DNA of 64,000 bases, taken from NCBI GenBank assembly GCA_030141605.1, contig JAQGDQ010000506.1, forward strand, positions 62,001 through 126,000. The letters are read 5' to 3'. This DNA is from Tubiluchus corallicola (Eukaryota > Animalia > Priapulida). Below, piece after piece: positions 1-14,800 of this stretch (its first letter is position 1; every line of letters starts with the position of its first letter). A program made the translations under genes and the position numbers. Under the pieces are notes generated by a model. It was not told the DNA's origin, searched no databases, and saw nothing but the letters and a program-made list of their open reading frames with translations.

Positions 1-238
1 AAATATAAATAATTATTATGAAACTTTTAATAACCTTCTTGAGGGGAAGTGCGGACATTCGTTAATGGTGAAATACATGTAGTTCTAAAATGTCTCATTT
101 ATCTAAAATAAAAAAATTATTATCAAATTTATCTTTATCTATAATGTAAAAGCTAATTAATTTACATATTTATTTACAGACAAAATTTTAAAATATTGTA
201 AATATTCGTGCAGGACCAGTATGTAATCTAAACATTGC

Positions 239-604
239 CTGAGCAAATAGTTCCTGTAGCATTTGATTCAGTCACATCAACTGCGTCTCCAATGCACTGA
301 CAAGTAAAACTTCCATCAATCATTGATTCACAATCATGAGTTTGGTTACTAGCATCGCATTCATTCACTTCTGCAAATGCAATTTTTTGAGTTTTGAAAA
401 TTGCAAACTGCTGTTCAGCAATTTTAAAACCAGCTGTTTACCTGAATCTTTTACCTGAGCAAATAAACCCTGTAGCATTTGATTTGCTGATATCAATTGC
501 TCCACTGATACACTGACAAATGAAACTTCCATCAGTATTTGTGCTGTTTGTAAGGATTGGATCTCAGTCATTAATTGTATTATTTGCATCACATTCATTC
601 ACGT
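239..604 (-). pseudogene. Two degenerate calcium-binding EGF-like exons (455-604 and 239-370), probably part of a gene continuing off the window edge
   Basis: Phase-1 exons after ttgcag acceptors. 455-604 reads DVNECDANNTIND*DPILTNSTNTDGSFICQCISG...GFICS (TGA and AGC at expected Cys positions, GT donor). 239-370 reads EVNECDASNQTHDCESMIDGSFTCQCIG...GTICS (18 nt shorter, one Cys lost, GC donor). D/E-V-N-E-C and G-S-F-x-C-x-C match the cbEGF consensus. Confidence 0.7.
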
Positions 605-801
605 CTGCAAAATACAATTTGCCAAAGTATTATAAATATAACGTACTATTTAAAAACTGTAACTGTGTAGCTGTATTTTTATTGTGTTGATGATATTCCT
701 AATTCTATTGCAGTAAAAAAATATAGAGCAATATTCAAATTTATAATGAATATTTTAATCTTTAGTGAAACTAATCTTGCCAGGTGTTGCATTTACAAGT
801 A

Positions 802-1254
802 CAGTGTTCCCTCACTTATTGCGGTTGTTCCATTCCTGGCCCATCAGCGATAAGTGAATTTCCGCGAAGTAGGGAGGCTATACTTATTTTATGCTTATTC
901 TATAATCAACCAATCGTGTGTTGTGTACAATCTCACGTCGACAAGTAGCATCTCAAGCGGGCGCAAGTACTACACTTCATTTTTGGTATGTATTCATCCG
1001 CCGAATAAATACACTATTTACTGTAAATGGTAATTTTTTTATGATTTAGAATATTCTCTTAATGTTAAAATTAATATTTTTAATATATTTTTATACATTT
1101 TGTGATTTTTTTACGCAAAATTTAACCAAATCTCTACTTTCTGTACAAATCATACTACGAATGTGCAAAAATATTTTAGACGGAGTACCGAAAAAACCCA
1201 CGAAACGGCGAAACTACTGCGATAAACGAACCGGGAAGTAGCGAGGGAACACTG
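802..1254. mobile_element. Non-autonomous Tc1/mariner-type (pogo/Tigger-like) MITE
   Basis: TA|CAGTGTTCCCTC... and ...GAGGGAACACTG|TA terminal inverted repeats with TA target duplication; no ORF inside. Confidence 0.8.
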
Positions 1255-1929
1255 TAAGGGTGCTTCTCTGAATGTTGTTTTCCTTTGTTTACCTTCCTTC
1301 TGCTTGTGCAACAATACAAAATCTTTTGCTGGCTATGCTGTACTCACACATATGTACATTTTCTGTTTCTTCTCTTTCTTCCAGTAAACTAGAATTCTTT
1401 GTCTAAACTAACAAAGTTACATATCAGAATTCGCTTCCACATGAACTGATGCAATTTCCTTATAGAGAAAGTGGTACGTGTGAGATAAAGCTGGCGGTAA
1501 ATCCATGTTCGTGACCCTGTGGTGGAGAAAGTGGGATGGATCGAATTGTTATGTATAACATAAAAGATCGAGTGGGTACAACTGAAGTTACTTTAGTGAT
1601 TTGTAGTACATACAAGTAACACATAAACAACACATTGCATGATTCCTTGTAGGCTATAAACATTCTGTATAGATCACTAGGAAGTTCTAATCGTTTTTAT
1701 TGTTATAAACCATTCACAATCATCCACAAGCAAAATGTGATTTTATAGTGTTTGTTTGAAAATGAATAAACACTTCTGTAGCTCTATTCACGGTAATAAC
1801 ATGTGAAAGGTTGAGAAATAGGTAAAGAAGAAGGGCCAAAAATTTTACTGGAAATGATTCATTTATTTGCTGCAGTGAACAGATAGGATATCCTGCTGTT
1901 TGCTACAATCAGTGTCTTCAGTTAAAAAT

Positions 1930-4300
1930 GCCATTTTAAAAGTGAATCATTGTTAATTAAATTTTTAATAATTAAATAATCATTGCGTTTATTTCTCTTT
2001 GTTAGACACAATTTAATTATGTATATAAGTTTACTCGCTCACTTACCTACTTACGTACCTAAGGCCAAACATATCTACACGTCCACACAACTACTTTCCT
2101 ACTTACCTAGTTACCTGCCTACCTGCATGCTGTCTGCCTGCCTGTCTACCTACCTTGGTACATGCCTACCTACCTACCTACCTCCCTGCCTACCGGCATG
2201 CCTACCTACCTTGCCAGCTACATTCCTACCCAACTGTATGCCTACCTGCGTGCTGTCTGCTTGCCTGCCTACCTACCTTGCCACCTACCTACCTACCTAA
2301 CTACTTAACTACCTGTCTACCTGCCTGCCTGCTTGCCTACTTAACTTTTGTTTACTTTCACGTTTAGTAGACCTAAAATAATTCTTTGTAGTTATTAGTT
2401 ATGATCATTAAAATATTTTTTTTAATTTAATTGAATTGCATTCTAGTAATTCTTGCATTAACTGAATATAGTTACTTTCTGACTAAAGTGCAAACAAGCT
2501 CTCCTTTTACTGCCCTTCTGGGCTTAATCACAGTTTTTTATCAACATAATGTTAAACAAATAACTGGGTACGTAACTTGAACTAATGGAAAAGTTTTGCA
2601 TAAAACGAGCACGTGAAAAAATACAGGTGTACCTGCGTTACCTTAGCTAAATACCTGCCAAACTACCTGTTTACGTTTTGACTGTATAGTTGCTTAAAAG
2701 GCCTAAATTGTTAATAATTATTTTAATTAATAGTCGTGATCTTCTGAACTACATTATACTGTTACCTGCACTAATTAAGTATGGGTATTTTCTTGTCATC
2801 ATTTAAAAAAGCTTTCAGGTGATAATCACTGCTATACTTAATCATATAATATTAGATAATTATTTCAGTAAATAGCTAAAACTCAGAGGAAAAGTTTTGC
2901 AAGAAATGAACAGGTAAGAAAGTGCAGGTGTACCAACATTACTTCAAACAAGAAGATAAGTGAGACAATCTCGACAGACAGTCTTTACGTAATCTTGCTC
3001 AACAAATAACCCGACAGATAATATAGATCTTCAGAAAATATGACTAACTTTATGATGAACCATTAAATATGTACAAAAATGACAACAGTGAATAAACCGA
3101 AAATACTAGACAACTCGAAGCTTGGTACTTCCAGGAGGAATAAAAACAGGAAGCAATCGCCCACAGTTAATTAATAAACACAGTTAAAAAAACCAACCTT
3201 AAAAACTGTGTTTTTATTCCCTTCACGTTTGACCTTGATTTGCAAATATTTTGCTCTTAAGGTTACATATAATAAATGATGCACGAACATTCTGCTTAGT
3301 CATTTTTTGTTGTATTTCTTAACAAATATTTATTTCATCAATGACTAATGCATAGGCTCATCAAATGGTGTGTTAAATTCAGCATTTCCAAAATTTGTTA
3401 ACGCTTTCTAATTGTGTGAGAGGTGAGAGTCGGTGCAGGAAAGAGTGAGTGGTCGTTGGTTCTAATCCAGATGTGCCTAGATTTTTTCACATGTTAATTT
3501 TTTTTATAAAATTTGTTTTAACAATTTTGTGATTATTCCGCCATGAATAATTTCTATCTATAGTCAGATACATGCAAGTGTGATTTTTTTCACTTGTACA
3601 AAAATCTCTACAAAAACCCTTATATTAAAACAATGCTGTAGTCGTTTACTACGTTAGCATAAGGAACCGCTAAAAAGCAACGTTATAACTAACGCATCAC
3701 TTGGTGTTTCAACTGTTCAACACTTCCTAAAACTATTCACTTCATATTTACCATGATTCCCAGGTAATGCAAAATGTTATAAATCTTTGCTGAAACATAC
3801 AATTTTATATCAACATTTCACTCATACAGCATATCACCAGACCTCAGTAATGTGGTAATTTAATGACTTTTTCATTTTTGTATGTTATTAGCGAAATAGT
3901 TTATTTAATCAAATACAGTGTTTGATATCTTCTTTTATACATGTCGTTTGTATTTTTGGTTAAAGTTTTGCACTTACAACGACATTGGGTCTTATCTTAC
4001 ATGTAAAGTAAGCTTTATCAATTCACGATAAAAAATATTTAATAACTGAGCTAGCAGAATCAACATTATAACCCTTCTAATAGATAAGCGATGTCAATTT
4101 ATTTGCAGACAAAACAAGGATGGGTGCCAGGGCAGGTTGAACCAGCTCTAACTAGTTCAAAGCAAAACTCCCCCGGCAACTGTGAACTATAAAAGCTGAG
4201 TCAACACGCTGCAAGAACCATTAAGAATTGCAGACAAAAAAGAGTTACACTTGAAGAAGAAAGAGAAAGGATTGAGAAAAAGTAAGTTTTGAAATTAGAA
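1930..4300 (+). repeat. Segmental duplication block, copy 1 (paralogous to 29542-31870)
   Basis: Colinear similarity including the CCTA-rich tract and the exon-like segment ttgcag|ACAAAACAAGGATGGGTGCC...GAGAAAAA|gtaagt. Confidence 0.9.
2040..2340. repeat. Degenerate (CCTA/CCTG)n microsatellite
   Basis: Visible cctacctgcctacc repeats; source of spurious LPTY-rich ORFs. Confidence 0.85.
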
Positions 4301-4719
4301 CAAGTATTCACCACAAATTATAAAATTATTAATGGCTGCAAATTAAATTGTTGGATTTGATGTGTTAAATATTCTTCAGTGCAGCAAATACCTGATTACC
4401 ATGTAATGTTTGTAGTTTAACCTGATGAAAGACTGCTTAATATTAAAATACAAGAAACAGACATGATATTTGAAGCCAGTTATTAAATGTTTCTTCACAT
4501 TTATTGACTATTTGTTATTATTCGATAATAATTTAATTTCTTGTCGTTTTTCTACTCTCATTTTTGCGTCAAGCTGTCATTTTAATCTATTTATTGTAAC
4601 TGATTTGCTAGTAAATCCCTGGTTGATTGTTCATTTTGGTTTTAACTTTTAATGTTGTTAGAAAAAGAATTTAGTACAACGTTTTTAAAAGAAGGGCTGA
4701 CATATGAAGCCAAACTTGA

Positions 4720-5250
4720 GTGCTTGAATTTATTGAAGTATTTCAGAATACTTAGTCTTAGGGCAGCATATCAGAATATCTGAATTTAGATCAGCGTGTC
4801 AGAATATTTGAATTTAGATCAGCATTTCAGAACAGTTGAATTTATAGAAAACATTTCAGAATAGTTGAATTTATTGAAGCATCTCGGAATACTTGAATTT
4901 ATTGCAGCATTTCAGAATAGTTGAATTTATTGAAGCATCTCAGAATACTTGAATTTATTGAAGCATTTCAGAATAGTTGAATTTATTGAAGCATCTCAGA
5001 ATACTTGAATTTATTGCAGCATTTCAGAATACTTGAATTTATTGCAGCATTTCAGAATACTTGAATTTATTGAAGCATTTCAGAATAGTTGAATTTATTG
5101 CAGCATTTTAGAATACTTGAATTTATTGCAGCATTTCAGAATACTTGAATTTATTGCAGCATTTCAGAACACTTAAATTTAGGGCAGCAATTTTAGAATT
5201 CTTGAATTTAAGGCAGCATTGCAGAATAATTGAATTTATTGCAGCAGCCC
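4720..5250. repeat. 28-bp minisatellite
   Basis: Unit ~ttgaatttattgcagcatttcagaatac (ttgaattt at 4865, 4893...); a related 28-bp array occurs at ~9560-9750. Confidence 0.9.
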
Positions 5251-6917
5251 CTGCTTATACAAACGGGTTCACGACAGCATTTATGAATGCATAGATTAGG
5301 TCACACTCTTGAACGCATGGCTTCAAAGTAGCACTTCTGAATATGTGGATTCGGGTCAGTTTCTTGAAAACATTTATTTGGGGCAGCATTTTTGGATGCA
5401 TGGATGTTGATATTTTTTTTCAATAAATCTGGGCAGCACTCTTTATGCAAATGCCAAAATATATTGTCATTATTTATTTGGTTTCAGTTTGTTCTGTCAT
5501 CACCTTCAGGTGGGCACAAGTTACCCCTCGTAAGTAGTTGCATTCTAAAAATAAGAAAAGTTTAAATTATTTTTAGAAATTTTGCATTTCCTGAAGGCTT
5601 CACAAATAGCTATCGATTTACCTTTTGCGTGTTTAATTACTGGTTGTCTATTGATCTTTCATTTGGTTGTGAAATAGTTCCAGATAATGACTTAATTGGT
5701 TTTCTGCGGGTGTTTAATAATGCATGAACTGTAAGCAACAGCAGAAAGAAATGAATGTAAAAGTAAGAATTGCTGTGTAAACTTTGTCATGATTAGCAAA
5801 GACCTTAATCTAATATTGATGACAAATTTGAAATGGACGAACATTTCTGACAAATTTTTTAAATTATTTCTTATTTTTAATGATTTTTTAGCTATTCAGC
5901 ACAACGCTTTGCTGTCTGCTAAATAATGATGGCCACCAAAGTTGCATTCTTTAATTTGCGCTTTCATACAATTAGCCCGGTGGAAGACACAGGGTTCATT
6001 GTGACGAATGTTCACTTTTTTGTCTTTCAGGTTTTTCATTCTTAGTGAAAGTTGGTGAACTAAGTCTATTATCAGTTTAACAAGTTGGAGCAGCACATTT
6101 GAATTTGACACAGCACTTTGGAATATACATATTTGGTACGGCATTTATTATTTCGTGGACTTGGTACAGTTTACTTATGTAAATGAATTTCAGTTGTACT
6201 GTTCATGCAAAAGTCTCAATATCTTTTTATTGCGTTTCAGTTTTCAGGCTTATATTAACTGTGAGTTACTGTTCATAAAGACTGTTAAGAGGCATAAGTT
6301 ACATTTGCTAAGTAGTTGCATACAGTTATTATCAGTTGTTCAAATGTGTTAAAATTTTCCATTTTTAGAGAATTCGTTTTAATCCTTTCATACAGAGTTT
6401 GTCTGTTGTTTGCTAAACATTGAACAAGTTACACCAGGTAAGGCACTGCAATGCAATTCATAAACATAGTTTGAATATTAACAATTTTTGGGTTTTTTAG
6501 GAATTATAATTTTAGAAGCATGTTTGAATATTGAGAATTTTTGGGTTTTTAGCAATTGTAATTTAAACGCAAGTTTGAACATCTACAATTTTTTTATTTT
6601 TAGCAATTATAATTCTAGACGCCAGTTTGAATGTTGACAATTTTCGGATTTCGATGGCAATTCTATTCACTTTCATGCCTGCCAGCATCAAGTTACATCT
6701 AGTAACTTGTCTGATAGTGATACACAAATTTAAAAAATTGTCTTATAAAATTGTCTCATAACTTTTGCTAGGTTTTGCTAGTAAATTTAACAATTACAAA
6801 TGAAAAATTGTTTTTCTCACTTTCCTAACTCTTTCAAAAGTTATAAAAAAGGTTATTTTTGAAATTTCATGCCGTTTTATGTAAATAAAACAAAGTATTA
6901 GGTCATCGTCGTCGTCG

Positions 6918-6960
<43 letters not shown>

Positions 6961-9900
6961 TATAATAATTAGAGATTATCTAAATTTAACAATGGATTAT
7001 ATTAAATTTACATCTCAACTGTAACTCTGTATCTGAACAATCTTGACTTCATTGTTAGCTTGTTTGTATAATATTCAAAGAACCACTTTAATAATCAACA
7101 TTTTTTATTTTATCATTGAATCATGCACTCGAGAAGAAAGTGTTGTAAAAAAATGCTGTTGCCATTTTAATAAAGATGATAGATAACCGAGTTTTCATTT
7201 ATCATTCATATTTTTTAACATTTGAGTGGAAAATTTGAGAATTTATTCACTTTTATGAGTTTTTTGTTTTTAGGCTATTTTACTAAATCGTGGCTGAGCT
7301 GTTTTTCTCACTGCCAAGTCTGTCAGATCGGCCTAAGGCTGATGTTAAAAATACGGGGGACTATGGCCTATTTGCATTCTATACACTAATGGATCTGAAG
7401 AAAAAGAAAGATCAAATGGCAGACATTAAAATAATTAATCAATCAATTTAATTATCAACAAATTCCAAAGTGATTCGATTTAAGCAAAAGTTCAGTAATA
7501 ACAAAGATATAGCAATATTGACAAAGCTTGGGGTTAGTAGGGTATATACGTTTGCATGAAGTTCATGTCTGCCCACTATGTACCTAGGTTTTTTGGAACA
7601 CCTTTCCTTTAAAGCGAACAGTTTGTAGAACGGTAGCAATATGTCGTAATATAACCTCTGCGTCTGAATACAGTTGTGATTCCAAACTTCGTCAGAGAAA
7701 CTACCAATTAGTCTTTACCCAGCAAGTAGCATCGAAGAACATTAGGCTAGTATACGTGATATTTACGTTATCAGTGCGACGTTAGTTACGATCGTAATAA
7801 AAGCGAAAAGTACCTGTTACCACCCTGGATGTGGTTCTGCAGTAGGTCGATCCATTTGTCAGTCAGTGGGTAACTCCACTATTGCAGACTGCAAGCCAGC
7901 ATCTCTGGACAACTCTGGTTGACGACCATAGCTTACAAAAACTAGGCTCTCACAGTATCACCATGTACATTACACACCATATCTTGTGTGAAACTTTCTA
8001 GTACGGCATTTCTCTTCCAAAACATATAACTTCACAGAGACGAGTAAACGACCTGTCTCGTTCTGTGTCAAGTTGCCGTCTATATCTAAACAGTGTAGAA
8101 CGAAGTTCATCGAGAAGCCACTCGCTTAAACAGCTATAATTTTATTCACCTGTTCACTATTGTTAACATTGACTTAGCCACTGCATTACAGCCGCGTTAG
8201 GGCAGACAAGAGTGGGTCAGACGGAATTCAGAAGGGGGTTTGTTAGTAGGTGCCTACATCCTAACAAAATATCAATAATTAATAATACAATTAACTATCA
8301 CTGCCAGTAGCTAAATATCATACATATCAATTAATTAAATATACAGTATGAATAGGGCTTAATGTTGCATAAGCATAATAAATAATCATTACAAATAAAA
8401 TATTAAATTGTCATTTTTTATTCCTTTTCATTCTTTTCTCTAACATTTTGAAGTAACAATGCATGATTGTTTTACTACCTTTTTCCAAATTGGGTAATAG
8501 CAAGATGCCTTGTTCCTCGAGACCTATTACAGAGCTTAATGATTTTTGTGTCTAATGATTAGTTCTTGCCTTTCAGGGTTTTTATCATTACTGGCGATTG
8601 GTGAACTGTTGTCAAGGTTACGTTCAGCTGTTTCAGCACAAGTTTCATCTGGCAAGTAAGAAGAGAAGTTTGCTCAGAAAATTGTCAGTTTATTGTGTTT
8701 TTGCAGTTTCTCACAGTATAAGAATTCATTTTATAAACTTTGTTTCAGATTTTTTTATCACTAATTACTGACTAATTATTTACCACGTATTGATCATTAA
8801 AAGGCAGATATGTTGAAGCAACCATATTGGACATATTAGACATTTGCAGTACAACACTTCTGAGTGCAAAAATTTGGAGAACAATCTGCAAAGCATTTCT
8901 GAAATCTTGCACTCTTCAAAATGGATAGTTGTGTCAGCAAGAGTACATGAATTTAGGGCAGCACATGGATTTTCATTAAACCACTGAATACATAAATTTA
9001 TTGCATTACCTTTAAATTTGTAGATTCACGACTTCGATCTTGAATAAGTGCATCTAGGTGCCTTGCAAAAAATCCGATGTCATTACTTTTAAAAGAAATT
9101 GAAATATTGAAATTTACATTTTTGGAAATTTTACCAAAAGCTTTTAATTTAGTTTTGTGTATTTGAATGCTGATAGACGATGGGGTTTTACTTGGAGATA
9201 AAATAAAACTTGATAAGACTTCACTGGTTTTTCAAAATGATTTTCTGAGTGGTCACAGTTAATAAAGGCTGAAGTTAAGTAATTCGATGCCTGGTTAAGA
9301 ATCTGTCTGACTTGCTGTTCATCTTGCTGAGAGTAAATGCAAATAAAAAAACGTTGTCGAAATACCTTTTTCAGTCTCTTGTCGCATGTCAGACAATTTG
9401 TTCTTAACTAGGAAATTAACAGGCAACTTCACGATTTAAATACGACCAACAAAAATACTTTTACTAATTTTGGGCAATGCACGTGTATTTTCCTAAAACA
9501 GGTCACTGTACTGGTTAGTAAGAAAACTATTTTATTCCTTAAACCTTTAAGCGAATTTGGACACATAAATTTAGGGCAGCACATTGGATGCATACATTTA
9601 GGCTACATCATTTGGATGCATGAAAGTAGGGTAGCACATCTGGATGCATGGATTTAGGGCAGCACATTTGGATACATAAATTTAGGGTAGCACATTTGTA
9701 TGCATAGATTTAGGGCAGCATATTTTTATGCATGAATTTAGGGCAGCACATTTTGTAAGGGTCTTGGGGAATTTGCTTTGGAAAAAAAGAAACTATGCTA
9801 TAAGATTGTGTGTATTACTATTTTGAATGCGTGTTCCATAGCGAAATATTACGAGTTTGTTTTGGTTCCACTTGTTTTCTGCACCAACTTGTATAAGGGT

Positions 9901-10539
9901 GTATTTGATAGTCGCATAGAAAATACATCTATAGAAAATACATTTAGCATTGATGCTTGTATTTTTTCTTTCTACTCAAGTAAGTGACACAAAAGCTTCG
10001 TTAATTCTGTGAATCCATCATAAAGGTGGCGTTCTGTCAAGAATTTTGTTTTGCAAAATTTTAGTGGCATTTTTATTTAGTGTTGCTTACTCATTAATTG
10101 ATTATAATTCTCTTCTTTTTTGACAAGGCGTCTAACAACTTTATTTTGTTCCACAAATACGAAAATTGATTATTAATTACTGAATGATTAGTGACAATGG
10201 AACATTTACTAAAAATGTTTCTACTATGTTGTTCCTGGTCCAACTAAAGTAACATTCTTGAATATACTACAGCACACTTGTTTGGCGATGCAAAACTGAA
10301 TTTAATTATTATTGTAAAACTTGGAAAACTTGTCATTTATGATTTAGTAGTCATTCAGTCTGAGAGTAAATAAATATTGATTACAGATAAATGATGAATT
10401 CGTCCCTATTTCAACTCTGTTTATCACAATTTTGCTGAATTTTGACGGTGGTTCTAAACAAGGTAATAACATACGAAAGTCAAAAATGACAATTTTTGAA
10501 ACTTTATGCAGTTTGTGTTAATATTTACTATGTTTTATT

Positions 10540-10790
<251 letters not shown>

Positions 10791-11801
10791 ATATCATCGT
10801 CATCATATCTATTATTTAAAATTATTTGCATTTATAGCTTGCATCAAATTTAAATCCCAACTTCAACTTTTAATTCGTAGAATTTCAAAATTCCATTATA
10901 ACCCAGTTTTTTACTTATTGTATTTCCTGTTTTTCAGTGTTTTACTGTTCACAAAAAATGTAGCATTAATTTTGACTCACACTGTACTTCTGCAAATTGC
11001 ATGCTGTATAAAACCTTTTTTGGGTTCACCTTTGACAAATTGTGAGACTGAATTACTGAGCTCAGATTAAATTTTGTCTATTGTTTTTAATTTTTAGATT
11101 ATGCAAAGTTTATGCTTTTAGCAAAGCTACATCCACACACCGCACATTACATTATCAAAGATCTTATTTAATTAACTAAGTTTCTAGATCAAGACAGATA
11201 CATAACCTATAAAACAGTTATTTTTTTATTAGACATATTTTGGCAGTCACAAATAAGGGTGTATCATTGTGATCAAACTGTCCCACTTGTTTAATTGAAA
11301 TTTGTTGCCATTTGTAGTCATGACATTTCTTAATACCTGTGACTCTTTATGTCAACAAAGAACAAATTTTAAGAAATGGCATGGCTACAAATAGCTTTCC
11401 TCCTAGAAACAATAGCAACGTTTGTACAAAGATTAACTTGTCTATGTGAATCTTAATAACTTTGTAATATCAGCGTAAGATGCAAATAAAGACATGAAAT
11501 GAAATATTGAGAGTTGATTGAATGATATCTCTGTTGATTTTACATTGTCATTACAGGTTTTTTGTTTGATTGGAATCAATTTCCTAAGCAATGATTTCAA
11601 AATAATTAAAATTATTAATACCAGACTATAAAATAAAGCATATTACAACAATGTCTTTCAAATTAAAATAATTTTTTTATTATTGATAGGTGGCGCTGTC
11701 AAGTTTATCCTGTAGGATACTGCACTTGGGCGAATAGCACGTCAAAATTCTGATCTGGGAGCAGGATAGATCAAAAAACGCTTCGTTCTAAAAGAGCAGG
11801 C

Positions 11802-14800
11802 ATGACTGAAGAATCTAGATTAAATAGGCAACTACTTCAAGCAACTAGAGATGGAAACATTCATGAAATCCAGCAGTTGCTCACTGAAGGTGCTGACTGC
11901 AATTTCAGAGAAAATGACAGGCCTGGTGAGTCTGCTCTCATCCGGGCATCTATTAATGGGCACGTGAATGTAATTCAGCTCTTACTAGATAGTGGAGCTG
12001 ATATTAACATTAGTAACAACTATGGACGGACTGCTCTCATGCGGGCATCTATGAAAGGGCACGTGAATGTAGTTCAGCTCTTACTAGACAGTGGAGCTGA
12101 TATTAACATCAGAGACAACTATGGACGGACTGCTTTCATGTGGGCATCTATTGATGGACACTTGAATGTAGTTCAGCTCTTACTAGATAGTGGAGCTGAT
12201 ATTAACATCAGTGACAACTATGGAGAGACTGCTGTCATGTTGGCATCTATTAGTGGGCACTTGATTGTAGTTCAGCTCTTACTAGATAGTGGAGCTGATA
12301 TTAACATCAGTGACAACGATGGAGAGACTGCTCTTATGCGGGCATCTATTATTGGGCACTTGAATGTAGTTCAGCTCCTACTAGATAGTGGAGCTGATAT
12401 TAACATCAGTAACAACGAAGGATGGACTGCTCTCATGTTGGCATCTACACATGGGAACTTGAATGTAGTTCAGCTCTTACTAGATAGTGGAGCTGATATT
12501 AACATCAGTGACAACGATGGAGAGACTGCTCTTATGCAGGCATCTATTAATGGGCACTTGAATGTAGTTCAGCTCCTACTAGAAAGTGGAGCCGATATTA
12601 ACATCAGTGGCTATGATGTAGGGATGCCTCTTATACTTTCCTCTAAAAATAACCAACAAGTAGTTGAAGTGCTGCTTAGCAGAGATGTTGACTGTAATGT
12701 CAGTGACCAGGATGGATGGACGCCTCTTATGTTTGCTACACGTGCTGGCTCTTATGCAGCTATATTAAATCTTTTGGCTTGTGGTGCTGACTGTAATGCC
12801 ACATCCGATGATGGGTGGTCTGCCCCTTTAATTGCTTCTGATCGCAAAGATGAAGAAGCCATAGACTTGTTACGCAACTTTAGTAACACCATTTTGCTTG
12901 ATGGCATTGATGTCGTACTTTCTGCAACGCAAGAAGATGCATTCACCAATTTACTCTCTCTGCTCAAATCATCATCTAAATATGAAGACATGCGCCAAAC
13001 TTTTCTCATGGCTGCAGCAAAGCACAATGCCAAAGTTGCTGTTGGACGTCTCTTGTCAGCTGGCATGACTGATTGTAACCTGTGTGACATATACGGTGTG
13101 ACAGCTCTAATGATTGCAGCTGCACACGGGCATCACAAAATTCTACAAATATTACTTTCTTATGATGCTGACTACACTGCAGCTGATAAGGATGGAGAAA
13201 CAGCTCTTATAGCTGCAGTTAAAGGAGGAAGTGCAGAAACAACAGGAACAGTACGAGTTTTGCTGGAACATTCATCTGGAGTTACTGACTCTACCAATGA
13301 TTTTATAAACCAAAAGGATCAGTTTGGCAACACAGCCTTACATTATGCTGTTCGTGAAAAAGAATCTGAGAGCATTAAACTTTTGCTGGCGAACGGAAGT
13401 GATGTTAACATTTGTGATAACGAAGGTAACACTCCGTTACATATAGCTGCACATTTACAAATTGGCATCAGAAGTGACATTGTAAAATGTTTGCTGGAGC
13501 ATGGAGTCGACCTCGAAAAGTTAAACAAAAAAGGGCAAAAAGCGATTGATCTGTACGTAGGCTTAGTGAACGTAATAACAATAAATGATGAGTACAGGGA
13601 AACAGTTGGCCACTTTTTAAGCTTATTATACATACCTGGGTGGCGCAAAGAGCCTGAAATATGGAAGAAAACACCTACTGAAGAAGACGTAGCACGATGT
13701 GAGGAAATCTCTGACATACTCGAAATAATTTTTTTAGGAAATATTCCCAATAGCTCAGAGAATGATGTTGTCAAGCGAAAAGTTCTTTCTGTTGCAAATG
13801 CAGCTTGCGAGGAAATTGGCAAAATCAACCAGGAGTTCGATTGTTTTCCTGTATTAGTAGGAAGTTCTTCATGTGGCACGAAAATTGGTCTGCCAGATGA
13901 ATACGACTTCCTAATTGCCTTAAGGAAATTCAGTGATGGAGTTTCAATTGAGAAAACTGATAATCCTGGCCTTGTACACTTGAAATGCAATGATGGCAAA
14001 TTTTTACCAAATAACCTTAAAGATAAATTTGTGCCAATTGCTTGCCAAGCCATGGCAGCTGCAGTCACCAGCGAGGAAAACCTGAAACTTGAGCGTATTG
14101 AATACAACAAAGTCTGCCTCACGTTTCATATGGTTTACTCTGGTAAAGAAGAGATTTACAAAGCTTTGCCAGTAGCTTTGGATTTCTCACCTGCTGTTAA
14201 ACTTTCTGAAAGTGAGTCAAAAACGTCAACTTCTTTCCTTTCTTACTTTTTTTACTTCCTTTCTTACTTCTCGCCATCATCATTGTTTCTCTCCTACTCA
14301 TTCTCTCTACCATCATCTCAGACACTACAGCCTGAATCCGATGAATTCTCTTCTTTTCATACACACGCCGTTTGTAAGCCTTTGTCACATAATACTGACA
14401 AGTACTTGTGGACACTGTCAACTAGCCAGGCAGAAAGCAGATTGATAGAAGGCGTATCAGAAGAAAGAAAAACGGTGTTGAAGCTTACAAAAGCGTTGCT
14501 CAGAGAAGAAATTTATGGTAAACCATTAAAGTCAAATGAAATTAAAATTGACATCATCTTCCACGATGTCAACATTGGAAAGCTGTTTGAAATTTTGAAG
14601 TACAAACCGAGCAAGCTGATTGATGCTTATCTAGTTAAAACCTCTTTTCTTCATGAAGTAACAGAAGTGCCTGATGATGGTGAGTGGAATCAAGAGAATG
14701 CAATTGATCGTGTCCAGAGCATTTTGAAATACATATCCGAATGTTGCAGCGAGAGATTTATGAAACACTGTTTGCTGGATAATGTCAACATCTTGGAAGA

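Noticed and set aside
13343-14122. 259-aa antisense ORF
   Set aside because: Shadow of the sense cGLR CDS; no recognisable motifs.
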